Below, piece by piece: positions 14,244 through 30,100 of a DNA stretch of 64,000 nt. A program made the translations under genes and the position numbers. Source of the stretch: Octopus bimaculoides (Eukaryota); the NCBI RefSeq assembly GCF_001194135.2, contig NC_068990.1, forward strand, positions 30,432,164-30,496,163, read 5' to 3'. The notes beneath the pieces were generated by a model that worked only from the letters and a program-made list of their open reading frames with translations, made no database searches and was not told where the DNA came from. Every line of letters starts with the position of its first letter. The first letter of the stretch is position 1.

Positions 14244-16052
14244 GTCACAGGTTCAGTATAAACCAAGTTTTTATGCTGAATAATGGCAACACAATTTTCT
14301 AAAAACCAATAAGTATAAGCACAGGTGTGGCTGTGTGACATGAAGTTTGTTTCCCAACTTCATGGTTCTGGGTTCAGTCCCACTGTGTGGTACTTTGGAC
14401 AAGTGTATCCTACTATAGCTTTAGGCCAACCAGTGCCTTGTGAGTGGATATGGTAGATGGAAACTGAAAGAAGCCTGCTATATATATGTCTGTGTTTGTC
14501 TCCCAGTGTTGGTGTGTTTACATCCCTTTAACTTAGCAGTTTGACAAAAGAAACTGATAGGATCAGTACCGGGTTGAAAAACAAGCACTGGGGTTGATTG
14601 GTTTGACTAGAAAATTTTCAAGGCAGTGCCCCAGCATAGCCACAGTCAAATGACTGAAATGAGTAAAAAATAAAAGAAGCTTCTTATCATTTATTATTTA
14701 AAACCTGGCCACAAACATATAATTGTGTGATATCTTAGGTAAGACATTACTGTGTCTGCCTCAGTTTGCTAGGCTGATAGCAGGTATAAACCCTTGTTCA
14801 CAGTTAAGATCTACATCTAGAATGTAACAGCAACATGGAAAGTTTAAACTTCCAAACCATCCTGTTGAAGGAAATGGATGTAAGTCATTAAAGATGAAAT
14901 GATAAAAACTTGTGATTAGTTGATGAGTTCCCTTTATCAGGTTCTCAAACCTTCTCTTCCTCCATCCTCTTAGCTTTGCTATTTGTCATAAATATTTATT
15001 AAACAATATAATTCTTTTCCCTTCTTTGTGGGGTGGGATTGCTTTCATATGTTAGCATGTTGTTCCTGTTTTTGTGAATGGGTGTCCCCTTTTTTTTTGC
15101 TGTTAAACAATTCCCTGTGTAACCCATATCTGATCTCGGACTGAGTCATGTTTAAAGAAGAAATATTAACTTGAAGAGTTTGACTTTACAAACAGCCCCT
15201 CCCCCCACACACTCTTGCACATCCTGCATGTACAATTCCATGTGATAGAATAGTGTACAGAATATATCATGATATCAACCAGACTATTGGATGTGGTCAT
15301 ACATCACTGGTCACAATGCACTTTATTGTTTTAGCTTTCAACTGTGCCACCCTGCTGGCTAGACAAGCAGGCCAACATCTGCCCCTGATCAGGAGGCTAG
15401 TCCATTGCAGGGTGGACTGGTGCAACATGAAATGATTTGCTCAAATCAACAAAGCAATGGTATAAGGCAAGATTGTTCAATGTACTTCATTATTGGATAA
15501 ACAGATGTTTATGGTCATTAGAAGGTTGATAAAGATTGTCTTGATTTTTCAAGATTTCTTATTTCTTGTTGTTGCGAGAACTCTTTTTCATGGCTACAAG
15601 CATTATATAACACCTATCTATCAGTGAATCTTTAAACAATTCAATTATTCTCTTCTTGCTATATTGGTCTGGGTCTAGGAGCTTTTTATCAAGTTGAGCA
15701 AAAGAATGCTTTGTTCTGTAGTTGGAATTCATGTCATGATATACCTTTTGATAAATTGGTGCCGGTAATGTCAGGCCGTAATAACTTCATGTTGGAATTC
15801 TGCTTCAGGGAATTCTGTGAAGTTCTGTTATTCATATTCTATATTCTTGCTCCTCATAAATCATCTAGAGCTGTGTGTGTATGTGTGTGTGTGATTAGGG
15901 TACAGTGTTTTATTATGTGTGCTAAGGTGGTAAGCTGGCAGAATTGCTAGTGTATCTGAAAAAATGCAGAGTGACATTCCTTCTGGCTTTATACTCCAAG
16001 TTCAAATTCCACTGAGGTCCTACTTTCCCTTGGTGGTGGTGGTGGTGGTGGC

Positions 16053-16083
<31 letters not shown>

Positions 16084-17379
16084 ATCATCATCATCATCAT
16101 CAAGTACCACTCACCAGCATTGTTTCTATGGCTGGATGCTCTCCCTAATGCCAGCCACTTTACAGAGTGTACCAGGTGCTTTTTATGTGGTACCAACACC
16201 AGTACCTCTTTTTATATGACACCAGTGCCAATGCTTTTTATGTGGCACCAGCATCATTGCTCTTTACATGGAACCAGCACTTATGCTTTCTATGTCATTA
16301 TTAATCTGGTGTTTAAAATATAAATTATGGAATGTTAGAGGATTGTTTTACTTTAGATCTCTTTAAATTAGTGACTGTCATAGAACTGTTATGTGTGTGT
16401 GTTTGTGGGTGTGTGTGTGTGTGTGTGTGTTAGGCAGGTTGGTATCAAACGGGTTAAATATGTTAACATTTAACTTAGCCATTTTATTGCATAGCTTCAA
16501 TTTGAAGTTTCATGTTTTGGTTAAAAGAGGCTCCTTTGTTAAAAGCAAGCTTTCCAAATACAGAAAGCTATCTTAATTATGAAGTGAGTTTAGTAAAAAC
16601 GAATTTTCTGAATACACAATGCTGTTTTAATTAGAGTAACAAAAATAGGAAAGTAATTTATACCAGGAAGAATAATTGTAACAAAAGTACATAAATGGGT
16701 TGTTTGGAATTGTGATGAAATATTTGTTTTTCCTCTTTTTTTTTTTAAAGTCCCCTTTTGTATATGGTCTGAATGAAGTTTTAAGTTGTTTCCCCTCATC
16801 TTAGAAGTACAATTGTTCCATTTAAGTTAATAACAGAATCAAGGGAAGAACACATCAGAGTCTACTCAAAATGTGTGTGTCTCAGTCATTAAATATTAGC
16901 TGTACTCACCATTACCCAGGGCGATTCAAAACAATTTATAAGAACAGTTTCTTTTTTTTTTATTTAACAGGCTCTATATGGTTACTATTGTTTTGAATAC
17001 ACATTGCAATACGTTTACCCCTTTCGTTGTGGACTCGTAATAACACATCTGGTGATATGTGTGCAAAGGAGTTGGTGATGTGTTCCTTCAAATGATTTAG
17101 GTCTTTTATCTTTTTGAGATACATCGTGCCTTTCAAATGTCCCCAAAGATAGAAATCAAGAGGGGTCAGATCAGGGAATGTAGGGGATCTTATAAAGTGT
17201 TTCTTATAAAAAAATAATTTTTTCCTATGTATGGAGACTTTAGAATCAGCCTGTATTCTATGAAACTGGGACAACCACTGTGAAGTTGTTCCACCTTACA
17301 CCAACAAATAATGACAATAACAATCTCTACTGCTAACTTTAAAGTCCATATATATATATATATCATATATTACATAATA

Positions 17380-17421
<42 letters not shown>

Positions 17422-20400
17422 TATAGTGAGGCAAGTATTATTAAGCCTTGTAAATGTGTGATTGACATTGATGTTTTTCCCAACATAATTCCAACTAACA
17501 ATTAAAATCTGAGTCATGGACTTCCTCTGCTGACGAAATTAGCATGGCAGTGATACTACAACAATCACCACTTAATTCTGATGTAATAATGGTTTCAAAT
17601 TTTGACACAAGGCCAGCAATTTCAGTGGAGGGGGCTTAGTTGATTACATCGACCCCAGTATTTAACTGGTTCTTATCTTATTGACCTGAAAATGATGAGG
17701 GCAAAGTTGACTTTGGTGGAATTTGAAGTCAAGAATGTAAAGGACAAAATGCTGCTGACCATTTTGCCCAGCATGCTAATGATTCTGCCGATTCACCGTC
17801 TTTAATTCTGATGTAATGATAATAATAAAAATAGAAATATTGGTGGGGGTAGTGTGTGTGTGTGTGTGGGGGGGTACTAATAGTAATGACTTGTAATATG
17901 GGCACAACTCAACAAATTTAGAAAGAAGGTCCCATTCAGTCAGATCGACTCCACCCTTCTAGTATTTTATAAAGCATGGAAGGAAGAGTGCAAAGTAGCA
18001 GAATGAAGCCAGTTGGTGGGGAGGGTTCATGATTTCAAAACTGCAAAGTGTGGTAACTAAACACTATGGCATGTTGCTGAGTCGGACAATCATCTCTATT
18101 AATTATATTATTAATTATAAATGAAGTCCTCCAGACAATGTTACTAAAGGACTAATTCTGTTTTAGGAACACAAGGGAGATAGCCCTATGAAATTTTAAT
18201 GAACTCAAATTTGGAGTGCATTGGTGAGTTTGATCTATAACAGTATGAGAGATAACTGTAGACATGCTTCAGCCTCATCAGACCTCATTAACAGAATATA
18301 ATGGAACTGTTACTGCAGATCTTAGAATCACTAGAAAAATTTAGAAGATTGCTTTGGATGAAGACAGAGTGGTCTTATAAATGTGAAGAATATTTGGAGG
18401 AAGGTAGGGGAGGAATACCCAGGGACACCTGCTGTGTGTAAACTCTATAGTGAAGTGATAGCTAGCATAGATGGTGTGGTAAGACAATACATTTTAATTA
18501 ATTAAAATGAGTCAAGTCTAGAATGTAGTGGAGGGTTTGTTGTTCAATGAAACAGCTGACAAATGTTCTAAGACCCTGTTGCTATGCACCAAAGTTATGA
18601 ACACGAAAAGAGAGCAGCTATTTAGGATAGTATATCTTTGGCTTACACACAGACGATGACGACAACAACAACAGATTCTTATCTGATAATAATCACTTCA
18701 CAAATTAACTTCAAGTGGAATGAGAAAATGAAATTTCAATTGTGAACGATGATGATGTAATTGCCATACGCTTTGTCTACTTGGCAATTTGATATGTGAT
18801 TTCTAAGGCACTTAAGGGATGTGTGTGTGTGTGTGTGTGTGTGTGTTTGTGTGTGTGTAATTCAGAACTTGCATACAATATATATTTTCCTTCTTTTTCC
18901 TCAACTGCTTTCCTGTTTCCTGTGTCGTTACTTTTAAAACTAATTAAAAATGCTGACTTTGTCTTTGAGTTAAACATTGTCTAAAGACTTTCTTTCATTC
19001 CCCCCCCCTTATTCTGTCTCCCAGTTGCAGTGGTTGGTAGGATCAGCTTTTTTTTTTTTCATTCAGCTCTGGTTGAGCTAAAGTATGCCAAAGGTGGGAG
19101 GGGGACAGATTTTATTTTAGTTTTAAGTCTTAAACTAAGGCGATGACCTTCACCACAAAAAAAAAAAAATGCAGGCTATCTCATTGTTTATTGTTTGTAT
19201 TACTTACATTGGTGATGATGATGATGATTGTGTTATGTAAATGTCGACAGTTGTTGCTGGTTTGTGGAAATATTGATGGCAGATGTGTTGCCAACAAAGA
19301 TGATAATAATGTTGCTGTTGTTATGGCTGTTGCTCTCAGATCTAATCCTATCTGTTGTAACAAGACAGATATCCATCTAATCATCATCATCATCATTTAA
19401 CGTCCATTTTCCATGCTGGTATGGGTTGGATGGTTTGACAGGAGCTGGCAAGGCTGGAGAGCTGCACCAGGCTCCAGCCATCTGTTTTGACTTGGTTTCT
19501 TTGGCTGGATGCCCTTCCTAATACAAACCACTTTACAGGGTGTATTGAGTGCTTTTTATGTGGCACAGGTTTGGTGTTATAGCTGTAAACTCACACCTGT
19601 AGGGTTGACTATATTCCTTCTTGTCTAATCTGCAAGCTTAAGTGAACTTTAAAATTTCTATAATTCAAAATGGTAGAATTCATAGATGCTGCTACTGTGT
19701 CATCATCATTATAACTTGGAGAATCTGTTTTGACCCAGGTCAACCATCACTGAGGGTATTCCAACCATGGCCTTCTCAACATTATTTGTTGATAAAGTAT
19801 ATCTAGAGGTACATTATTCAATGTCTCTGTTTTTATATGTTGCAGTGGAGCAACATATAGAAACTTCTACATTGGTTTGTTTGTTGGGATGTATCTCATT
19901 TGACGGTTTGGTCTGCAAGAAGGAACTGTAATTATTGCCTTCACATCCCCTCCGAGACCATTCATGCTGTTAGTGTTTCTCTTGAATAACTCTCAGTAAA
20001 ATATGAAGAGGGAAAGTGAAGTGTTCAGTATGTGTGGTGGGGAGGAGACAGTGTGGGTAACAAGAGTATCTGAATGCAGAGGGACATTAGAGCAACCGGC
20101 TGAGATGTGTAGAGACTATTGTAGTAGAAAAGATAGGACATGGAGGAGAAACAGCAGTGGAAAGGCTAAGTTTTGGAAGTTTTAGAAGGGATGTACATAA
20201 TGTGTTTGATGTAGAGGTGGATGTAAAACTGGCAGCAAGTGTTTTGGGATCCTGAAGGATATTGAAATATATATATATATATATTCAACTTTTCTTTAAT
20301 GTTCTTCTCTAATATTTGTGGAACTTTTGCCTTAGACATATTGATTTAGTGTTTAAAGCTGTTTGTTTTAGGTTTCATCATTTGTCAAATCTAAACACCA

Positions 20401-22533
20401 GACAAGGTAACCTCAATAGTGCTGGTGCCACATAAAAATCACCCAGTACACTCTGTAAAGTGGTCAGTGTTACAAAGCGTATTTGGCTGTAGAAACCAAA
20501 TCAAAAATTAAGCCTGAGCCAGATGTGATTCTCTTGTCCTTCTAGGTGACCACCATCTCCAAATACGCACTGAACCTGCCTATGAAGATCTACCTAAGCC
20601 AGGTCAACATAGAAATAGGATGGAAAACAATAGAGATGATGATGTCGATTTTTCAATTTGTTTCATTTTGAATTCTGTTCTTTCTGTTTAGAACACTGCT
20701 TTTCTTTGTTATTAATTAAATATCATTTTTATAATGAATTTAATTAAATGATTTCTTTATTTAATGCCATTTTATGAACTTGGAATTGCATCTAGTTGAC
20801 TTTATATTCTGTTGTTTATTTCCTTTATGTTTGTTTATATTAATTCTGGAAAAATCATGTCTATCTCTAAATTGGCCGATCCATTAAAAACATTCTGAAA
20901 CCCCACTCATATTATTTCAGATAGATTCAGATGTTGTTTATAGTATACTCATGCACCAACTTGTAATTTTCATAAATCACGTTTCAATTAAATCTTGAAA
21001 GTCATATCTGTATCTCCAGCCATGGTGATATATTCTCAAAAGCCAGGATATCCTCATGACTCACAGTAACTTTCACTGGTTGCATTCTGAACTATTTTCG
21101 TATGTAATCTACTGAAACTGTGTTTAATTTTAGCCTGTGATATTGAAAAAGTGCTGCAAGCTGCTGGTAATAAGTTGAGGGTAGCCATGAAATAGTTGTT
21201 AGATCAGCCCTCAGACACTTCTTTGCAGATTCATTCAAGCTTTAGCAGCATGGTGGTGAGTGGGGTAGGGTTAGGGATAGTGTGGGCGTTTAACTGATGG
21301 GGATGATGTTAAGGATAATAATATGGCAGCAGAACTACTTTTTGGTGAAATTTAATCTTAAGTCTCTCTCTATCTTTCTCTGTGACCATTTGTAATTTAA
21401 ATCTGAACTGTGAATAAGTTTAAAATTAAATCAATATTGAAATTTTAATAAAATCATCCATTTATAATTTCTGCTTCTCTGCTCATATTCTTACTTTACA
21501 ATTTTTTTTTTTTTTTTGTTTTTCTTTGGTGAAGCAGTGATGGAGGGTGTTAGTCATCCTAGTACTACAACCTGGACTAGTTCTAGAAATTGGTAGAAAT
21601 TGGTGTTAGTTGTACTAATAAAAGTGTCGACCAGTTGTTTGGTGGAGTGATGAAGTTGGTGTTAGTTGTACTACTACTACTACTACTATTACTACTACAG
21701 TATGGACCAGTGGTAGAAATTGGCAGTGTGTTATCTATGTTTGTCACCAGCCACTACAATACTGGTGCTTCATCTCCATCTACTCTGCTGACCTTTCTCT
21801 GATCTATTGATGATTGCTTCTAATTGCTGATTTAATCCACTTAGAAGAAACGTTCCCAGGCTTAACATTTCTCTGTATGCCTGTGGCAGCGTGACTCTGT
21901 GTGTGCGTGTGTGTGTGCATGCGTGCGTGTGTGTGTGCATGCGTGCGTGTGTGTGTGCATGCGTGCGTGTGTGTGTGTGTGTGTGTTGCTTGTAAATTTA
22001 TCAGTAGAACTTCCTATATTTCCTGTGTAGTGATGATGATGATGGCAGTGGTGGTGTTGGCTGGGGTGAGTTTTGATTGCAGTTGTCGACTGGGGGTGGG
22101 GGGAGAGGTTGTTGAAATGTTTTTTTTGTTGTTTTTATTTTGTGTAGCCAAGTATTAAGAAGCTCCACTCTAAGAGACTTTAAAATAATCTGATGAAACT
22201 TCCCACTCACTTCAGATTACTTAACTGTTTTTTGTTGTTGCTGTTGTTTTTCTTGTCTGTGTGTAACAGTCTCCAGCTCTGTGCCTGCCTTTTACGTTAA
22301 GTGGAGGTGGTGCTGGGCTTCCACCCTGGGACAACTCATCTCTTATTCTATAATATTACACATGCGTTTGGCATTCGTTTCTGAATGGAATACTTGTGTT
22401 GCCCACAAGAGGAATCCTACCAAGTTGACACTGATTTAAATAAACATGGGGGGTAGGGACGGAGGGGGAGTGTTGCAGATTTAGATTTATTGGTTAGCAA
22501 TGCACTGTACTTATGAACTTATGAAAACAAGTA

Positions 22534-22569
<36 letters not shown>

Positions 22570-24074
22570 CCTTTCTACTGAAGGCACAAGGCCTGAAATT
22601 TTGGGGGTGGAGGATAGTTGATTACATCGACCTCAGTGTTTCAATGGTACTTAATTTATCAACCCCAAAAGGATGAAAGGCAAAGTCAACCTCGGCAGAA
22701 TTTGAACTCAGAATGTCGATGGGCATTTTGTCTAAGCATTTTGTCCATCATGCTAACGATTTTGCCAGCTCGCCACCACCACCATATTAATGATAATAAT
22801 GATAGCAGCAGCAAGCCATAACAGGGGTCACCAAGTTACCCAATCCAAAAGATAGTGTTGCTAGGCATAACCCAATGCAAGAAAGTTTTTAACTCAGTCA
22901 CACAGCTCGTGCAGTACATGGTCCCTCTCTGCCCACAGCACATATTCTATTTAATCCCCACCCAATAACACAACAAGTACTTCCTCCATAACTGATCACT
23001 TACTCCCTCTATAATAAATGGCTGACACTGTAATACCAGTAACTTACCCAATCTCCATTCCATGCTACTGCAACCTATCAAAAACACATTGATGCAGCAT
23101 GTGCTTTACACCAGTGTTATCAAACTGCAGCGTCTCTATGGACATACATGTTGCCTGCCATGGGNNNNNNNNNNNNNNNNNNNNNNNNNNNNNNNNNNNN
23201 NNNNNNNNNNNNNNNNNNNNNNNNNNNNNNNNNNNNNNNNNNNNNNNNNNNNNNNNNNNNNNNNNNNNNNNNNNNNNNNNNNNNNNNNNNNNNNNNNNNN
23301 NNNNNNNNNNNNNNNNNNNNNNNNNNNNNNNNNNNNNNNNNNNNNNNNNNNNNNNNNNNNNNNNNNNNNNNNNNNNNNNNNNNNNNNNNNNNNNNNNNNN
23401 NNNNNNNNNNNNNNNNNNNNNNNNNNNNNNNNNNNNNNNNNNNNNNNNNNNNNNNNNNNNNNNNNNNNNNNNNNNNNNNNNNNNNNNNNNNNNNNNNNNN
23501 NNNNNNNNNNNNNNNNNNNNNNNNNNNNNNNNNNNNNNNNNNNNNNNNNNNNNNNNNNNNNNNNNNNNNNNNNNNNNNNNNNNNNNNNNNNNNNNNNNNN
23601 NNNNNNNNNNNNNNNNNNNNNNNNNNNNNNNNNNNNNNNNNNNNNNNNNNNNNNNNNNNNNNNNNNNNNNNNNNNNNNNNNNNNNNNNNNNNNNNNNNNN
23701 NNNNNNNNNNNNNNNNNNNNNNNNNNNNNNNNNNNNNNNNNNNNNNNNNNNNNNNNNNNNNNNNNNNNNNNNNNNNNNNNNNNNNNNNNNNNNNNNNNNN
23801 NNNNNNNNNNNNNNNNNNNNNNNNNNNNNNNNNNNNNNNNNGAAAGAATCCTCTACTAACTAAAGGCAACACTTATCTCTTTCTTGTCTTTTACTTGTTT
23901 TAGCCATTTGGTTGTGGTCATGCTGGAGCACTGCCTTGAAAAATTTTAATTGAACGAATCGAGCTCAGTAATTACTTTTTGAAAGCTTGGTGCTTATTCT
24001 ATCAGTCTCTTATTCTAAACTGCTAAGTTATGGGGATGTAAACATACCAACACCAGTTGTCAAGTGGTAGGGAT

Positions 24075-24113
<39 letters not shown>

Positions 24114-27100
24114 CAGGCTTCTTTCAGTTTCCATCGACCAAATCCAATCTGAAGGACAATGGTTGTATATTCTGCAAAACCATGAGGTGCAGTAGAAAGT
24201 TGCATAAATTTGCTGCAAGCAACAACATTAAGGGTTTCTAATTTAAACACAAGACTAAGTTTTAAGGGGTGGGATCTAGTTGATTAAAGCACCCCAATAT
24301 TTCACTGGTACTTAAACAGATTATTCTGTCAATAGGAAATGATTGTTTATTCCCATTCAATCGTGCATTATCTCTTGGGTTCAAGATTTTGATGGCATGG
24401 TTGTTTACTTACAGAATGACATTGTAGGGTAGGTGTGAGGTGTTGGATCTGGCCCATTTGAACATAAGAGGCAGAATATTTTGGTCAGATATGGTCAGTT
24501 TAAATACTAAAGTACCAAGTACTTTATAATTACGACCACAGTGGGATGAAAGGTGAAGTAGACTTTGGCAACGCTGCTGGTGGTGGTGGTGGTTTCTAAA
24601 ATTGGGCCAATTCTACAAGTTTGTTGGGGACAGGGAGAGTTGATGTCACTGATCCACTTGTACATATTTTATCACCCCCACTTCTACTAAAGAGATGAAA
24701 AGTAAAGCCTACCTGGTGAGAGACTTGGGACATATAGGGGCCAAAATACCCTTAATTTAACAACTTGCTTTATTAATAAAGATCTTAAAAACAGTAGCAA
24801 GTTTTGAGCTTCAGAACACCTTACCTCCCCTAAACTGTAATTGGAATGTTCCACCATTGTTGAAGTGGTTGTTAATTATGATTTAAATATAAACTATTTA
24901 AAAAGTAATTAATGTCTTAATGTATGTTAATAAATTAATTATACCTCTTAATCAGTTTGAGAACATGTACAGCCTGTAATGAAAGTCAGTATGTGTGTGT
25001 GTGTGTGATTGTAACTTTCCTTGTGTTGGAGCTTTCAACACTACAATCCATCCAATCTGTTGTGATCCTTGCAACTTCTTCACATTATGGATTGGATCAA
25101 AATTGTGTGAGATTATTGTTAATCCAGCCACTTAACCCCTTCATTACCATATTTGTTGAAATCCACTGCTTTTGTTTAAATTAATTTTGAAAATAATAAA
25201 TCTATCTGAATAACTTGGTCTTTATGACACTTGTGTTTGGAACTTAACCTGAAATTTTGATGGAAGAGTTTAAATGCGATCACTTTTATTAAGAAATTTG
25301 CATCATAGACCCAGGTTAAGTTTGAAACTATCACAATATTGTAAAATTATTTTCACCCTAATTACAGGTGTATTATTGTTTTATATTCTTTCAGGTGGGT
25401 TAGAGAATTCCTTAATGATGAAAACCAAGGTTTGGATGTTCTTGTCGATTACCTCTCATTTTCACAAGTGGTCATGAGGTTTGTAACTTTGATCTTTTTT
25501 GGTTTTACATTTGTTTATTCTGTGATTGATCTAAGTTATTGATTTTTTTTTTTTAAACAGGTAAAACCATTAACTTTTTCTTGCTAAGTGGCAAAGTCTA
25601 GTTGATCACATTGACTCCAGTATATTACTGGTATGCATTTTGTGGCTTCCATCCCATAATAATACAGCCACACTTGACTGCAAAAATATTTAAGCAAAGA
25701 ACTGTGATGCATTCAGTACTCACATGTTGAAACTGTTTAGATTTTTAACCAGCTTCATGGATTGCCAGAACCCGTCTTTCTGTTGACTTCAATTGGGGTT
25801 ATCGGCCAAACTTTAGAAACTGGCACTCCGTCAGTTATGACAAAGAGGGTTCCTGTTGATCCAATCAGCCTGTACATGAAATTAACATGGAAATGGCTGA
25901 GCACTCCATGTCATGAGTACCTTGTGACACGGCTGGTCCTTTTTAATTACAGGTACAACTTATTTTTGTCAGCTGAGTGGACTGGGGTGACATGAAAGGA
26001 AGCGCCTTGCTCAAGGGCACAACATACTGTTAGGAATCGAACTCTTGGCCTTATGATCATGAGCCAAATACCGTAACCACCACACTGTTGGATAATGTAG
26101 TTTTAGTAAGATTGTCTGAAAGAAAGAAAAGAAAACAAGAGGGTTGGTCCTGGCTGGAATGTTTTTGATTGTTCAAGCAGACCTGATCTGAGGGGTAAAA
26201 ACATCAATTCAATTGTGGTGGGTTTTGTAGTCTATTACTTTGTCCTGAATTTATTTTCCTGATTGGCTGCTCTATCATAATTTATTATCAATCCAGACAT
26301 AGAATAGTCTGCTGATGATAAACTTGATGTGAAAGGACTTTTTTCAATCTGTAGGAAGGCTTGTAAAATATTTATTATTAACATTGTATAATACTGAAGG
26401 TTATAGGTTTATTCAGAAAATCCAAATAACATTTAACAGAGGGGAAATTAAGATTAATCTTTTAGCATTCAAATTAATTTATCAAATGTAATGCATATTT
26501 ATTTGCATTTTTTAATATTGATCATGTATTAATCTTGTAGTTTTGAGATTTTGAAGTCATGATTGTTTATTTTTAGAATGACATCATAGGGTAGGTGTAA
26601 TAGGCTGGATATGGCCTGTTTAAATATTGAAGGGTTAAAGGATTATTTTTCAGTCTGGTGAAGAGCAGTGGCCATTGCAGTCACTGATCTCCTCCCCATG
26701 ATCAAGTAAAAAATTTGCTGGTCCTTACAGATGGGTGAAGACCATTACAGTGAATGTTCAGCTTGAGTATTCTACAGGTTCATTTTCTTTAGGAGAGAGA
26801 GGATCTTGTGGAGGGCTGTTGTAGTTTTAAGGAGAAAAGTGTGGGGAAAGTCTTTAGTGTGGCTTTTTTTTGTGTGGTTACAATGACAAGAGGAGACTAG
26901 GGGCAGATGGGTGATTCGGGAAGTTCTGACAAGCAACTCTTGTCACAAGAGTTACTAATAAATGTGAGCTGTACTCTGGTATAGAATGTGTTTGTCCTTT
27001 ATATCTAATGTAAAACTCATGCAGCACTTCAATTGGTTTCTATATTTTTTCCCAAATATTTTTCTGTTTCAGACGGGAACAATTATTAAACAGAGAAAAA

Positions 27101-30100
27101 AGTGCAAGCTTAGATTCTGGTTTATCTAGGAGTCCCATCAGAAGGATGAGAAGGTCCAACACAGTGGGGTCCCCTAGGGGTTTGAAGTACAACACCAAAT
27201 TAAACATGGGAGAACCCAGAGATGATGTCCATGTGTGTATTATGTGTCTTCGGGCGATCATGAATCATCAGGTAACCATCTTTGGAATTTTTGCTGTTTT
27301 CAGAAGTAGTTTAGAAGAGGAAATATCACTGGTTTTATGTTGGAAGGAGAGAATTTGTGAAGGAAATGGTTTATTTTGAAGAGAGAAAAGTTCTATTGGA
27401 TATCGCAGTGATCTGTTGCTGGTGACTTTGATAAATCTGTTTATTAAACATACTACAGTATCCAGTGGAACTTTTCTCACTTCAAAGTAACAGATGTAAC
27501 ACTCACCGTTACATGTGTGAGTCATTTATTGGTTTGGGTTCGAAAAGGTTTAAATTTATCAGCATTGATGTATTTAGTCGAATAAGTTCACATCTAACAA
27601 AAATATCTTGTGTGGGCTTTTAGGATCACGGTAGATAACTCTGCTTGGCAAGTAAAAAGAAGTTCTCCTCAGCATAAAGATTTGAAGAGTTCATTGAATT
27701 GATTTGTGATGAGTGAAGAAGTCCAACATTTGGAACACTTAGCTTCCTTTGGGGACAGAGAATATTGAGGTCTTGTTATCTAGGTTGTAAAGTTTGATCC
27801 ACAATTTTACAAACTCGGCATCAAGAACTCTTAATCTCTCCCTCCCTGTCGGGGAAAAAAAAGTTTGAAACATTATTCCAGATTTACACACCAGATCAAC
27901 TTGAACTCTTTTACAAACTCTTTACAGATTAATTGTTGCTTATACAGACCAATACCATTTCTCATTAAATGTAGTGATCAAATGTATGTGCTGTGCATTA
28001 GCTGCTCCTGACATCGCTTGCACAGGTGCATAACTGTACGCTGTGTCATATGTTGAAATGATTGCAGAGTAATGTGAAAATGAAGTGTATTGCCCAAGAA
28101 CACAATGTGCTGCCCAACTTTGAGTGCAACATACTAACCACTATATACATATGCATGCAGGTATATATTGGTACTCGTGTGTGTAGGTGTGGCTGTGTGG
28201 TAAGAAGCTTGCTTCCCAACCACATGGTTCTGGGTTCAGTCCCACTGCGTGGCACCTTGGGCAAGTGTCTTCTACTATAGCCTCGGGCTAACCAAAACCT
28301 TATGAGTGGATTTGGTAAATGGAAACTGGAAGAAGCCAGTCGTATATATATGTATATATTTGTGTGTGTTTGTCACCCTGCCATTGTTTAACTGATGCTA
28401 GTGTGTTTACATCCCCGTAACTTAGCGGTTCAGCGAAAAAGACCGATCGAATAAGTACTAGGCTTACAAAGAATAAGTTGTGGGGTCGATTTCTTCGACG
28501 AACACCCTTCAAGAAGGTGCTCCAGCATGGCCACAATTAAATACCTGAAACAGGTATAAGAATAATATAAATATAATTTAATGTACACTGTATTAAAATT
28601 TGAGCCTGTAATAGTTTGTTACCATGGAGACCTGGCTAGGCAGGTGTTGCCTCGACGGCAAGAAACTATAAGTAACTCTTATTTTAAATTAGTGTATATT
28701 AATTGAGTCCTTTTTGTGTTGATCTTACCTTAATGGAACAGTAAACTGTGTGTGTGTGTCTACAAATCTTCATTTACAAGTGTTTCAATTAAATTTTGTT
28801 TTCTTTTTCAGTATGGTTTCAACTTAGTAATTGCTCATAAACATGCCATCAACTGCATAGCACTTAGTCTTAATCATAGAAGTTTACGGTGAGTGAATTT
28901 ACGTAATGGTTTGTTTCACCTTCTTTTTTTTAATCATTCATTTGTCTTCTGCAAGACTAAATAATAATAATAGTAATAATAATAATAGTAATAGTAATAA
29001 TAGTACTAGTAATCTTATACAAAAGTAAAGAACTTTTCTCTCTATCTATTATACTTCTGCTGAGTTACTTCAGTCCTTTATATAAACTAATAGTAATAAT
29101 AATAGTGATAATAATAATAAATCTTGATAAATGTAAAGCAATATTTGGATTGAATTAACCATTCAACTGTGAAGTGAGGTAACTTTACATTTTGACAATT
29201 AACATCAGAAAGAGGAACTTTGGCTTTGAAAATCACAAAGAAATTTCAAAGATACTTTTGAGACCACCATATATCTTAGGAAAATTGCAGATTTTAAAAC
29301 TATTGTAAATTTTAAAACTGTTGGGGGAAAAAAAAGGGGGGGGGGGAATTTTATGGGTTTTTGTGTTGCTTGTTTAGTTTAATTATATATTCTTTTAAAA
29401 TTAATATTTTAGTAAAAGAATATAAAAATCAATTGTTTTTTTTCTCTCTCTATTTACAGAACCAAAGCTTTAGTATTAGAATTACTTGCTGCTGTATGTC
29501 TAGTCAGTGGAGGGCATGAAATAATTCTTTCAGCATTTGACAATTTTAAAGAGGTAAGAATGAGATTTAAAAAAGTATTTTTATTCTCATTTTGGCAGGC
29601 TTTTAATTTGTCATATTTTTTATTTATTTGATTATTAATTTGAGAAGTGATGTGGGTAGTACTATGACTTTTGTAAGACTAATGAGAAAAGTTCTAGAAT
29701 GGTTCCTTAACCAATTATCTAATCTTGGTCTCTCAGTTAGTCAAATAATGTTTTAATGTACCAAGAATTGACATTGAGATTGACAGTGAGATTGTCAGTC
29801 CAGAAATAGGGTTATCATGTCAGTCAGTTGTGTTGACTACACTTCTATAAATAGTCTTCACTGTGGCTACTGGAACCATATTTTTCTGGAAACTGCAAAA
29901 CTCCAGGAGGATTTAAAAGAAATACACAAGAAAGTAAACTTCCAAGTAGAGAATTGAAACTATTTTCTTGAAACCAATTTCAATTGCTTAAATCTTTCCT
30001 TATTAATTGGAGTTATGTGGTATTTTTTGCATACCCTATTATTAGTGCTGGGCTGTTGACCACAGGGTCATGAGTTCAAATCTTGGTACATATTACTCTT

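Noticed and set aside
18255-18295. Minus-strand CTGATGAG as another hammerhead core
   Set aside because: No GAAA box after the stem and no stem I pairing.
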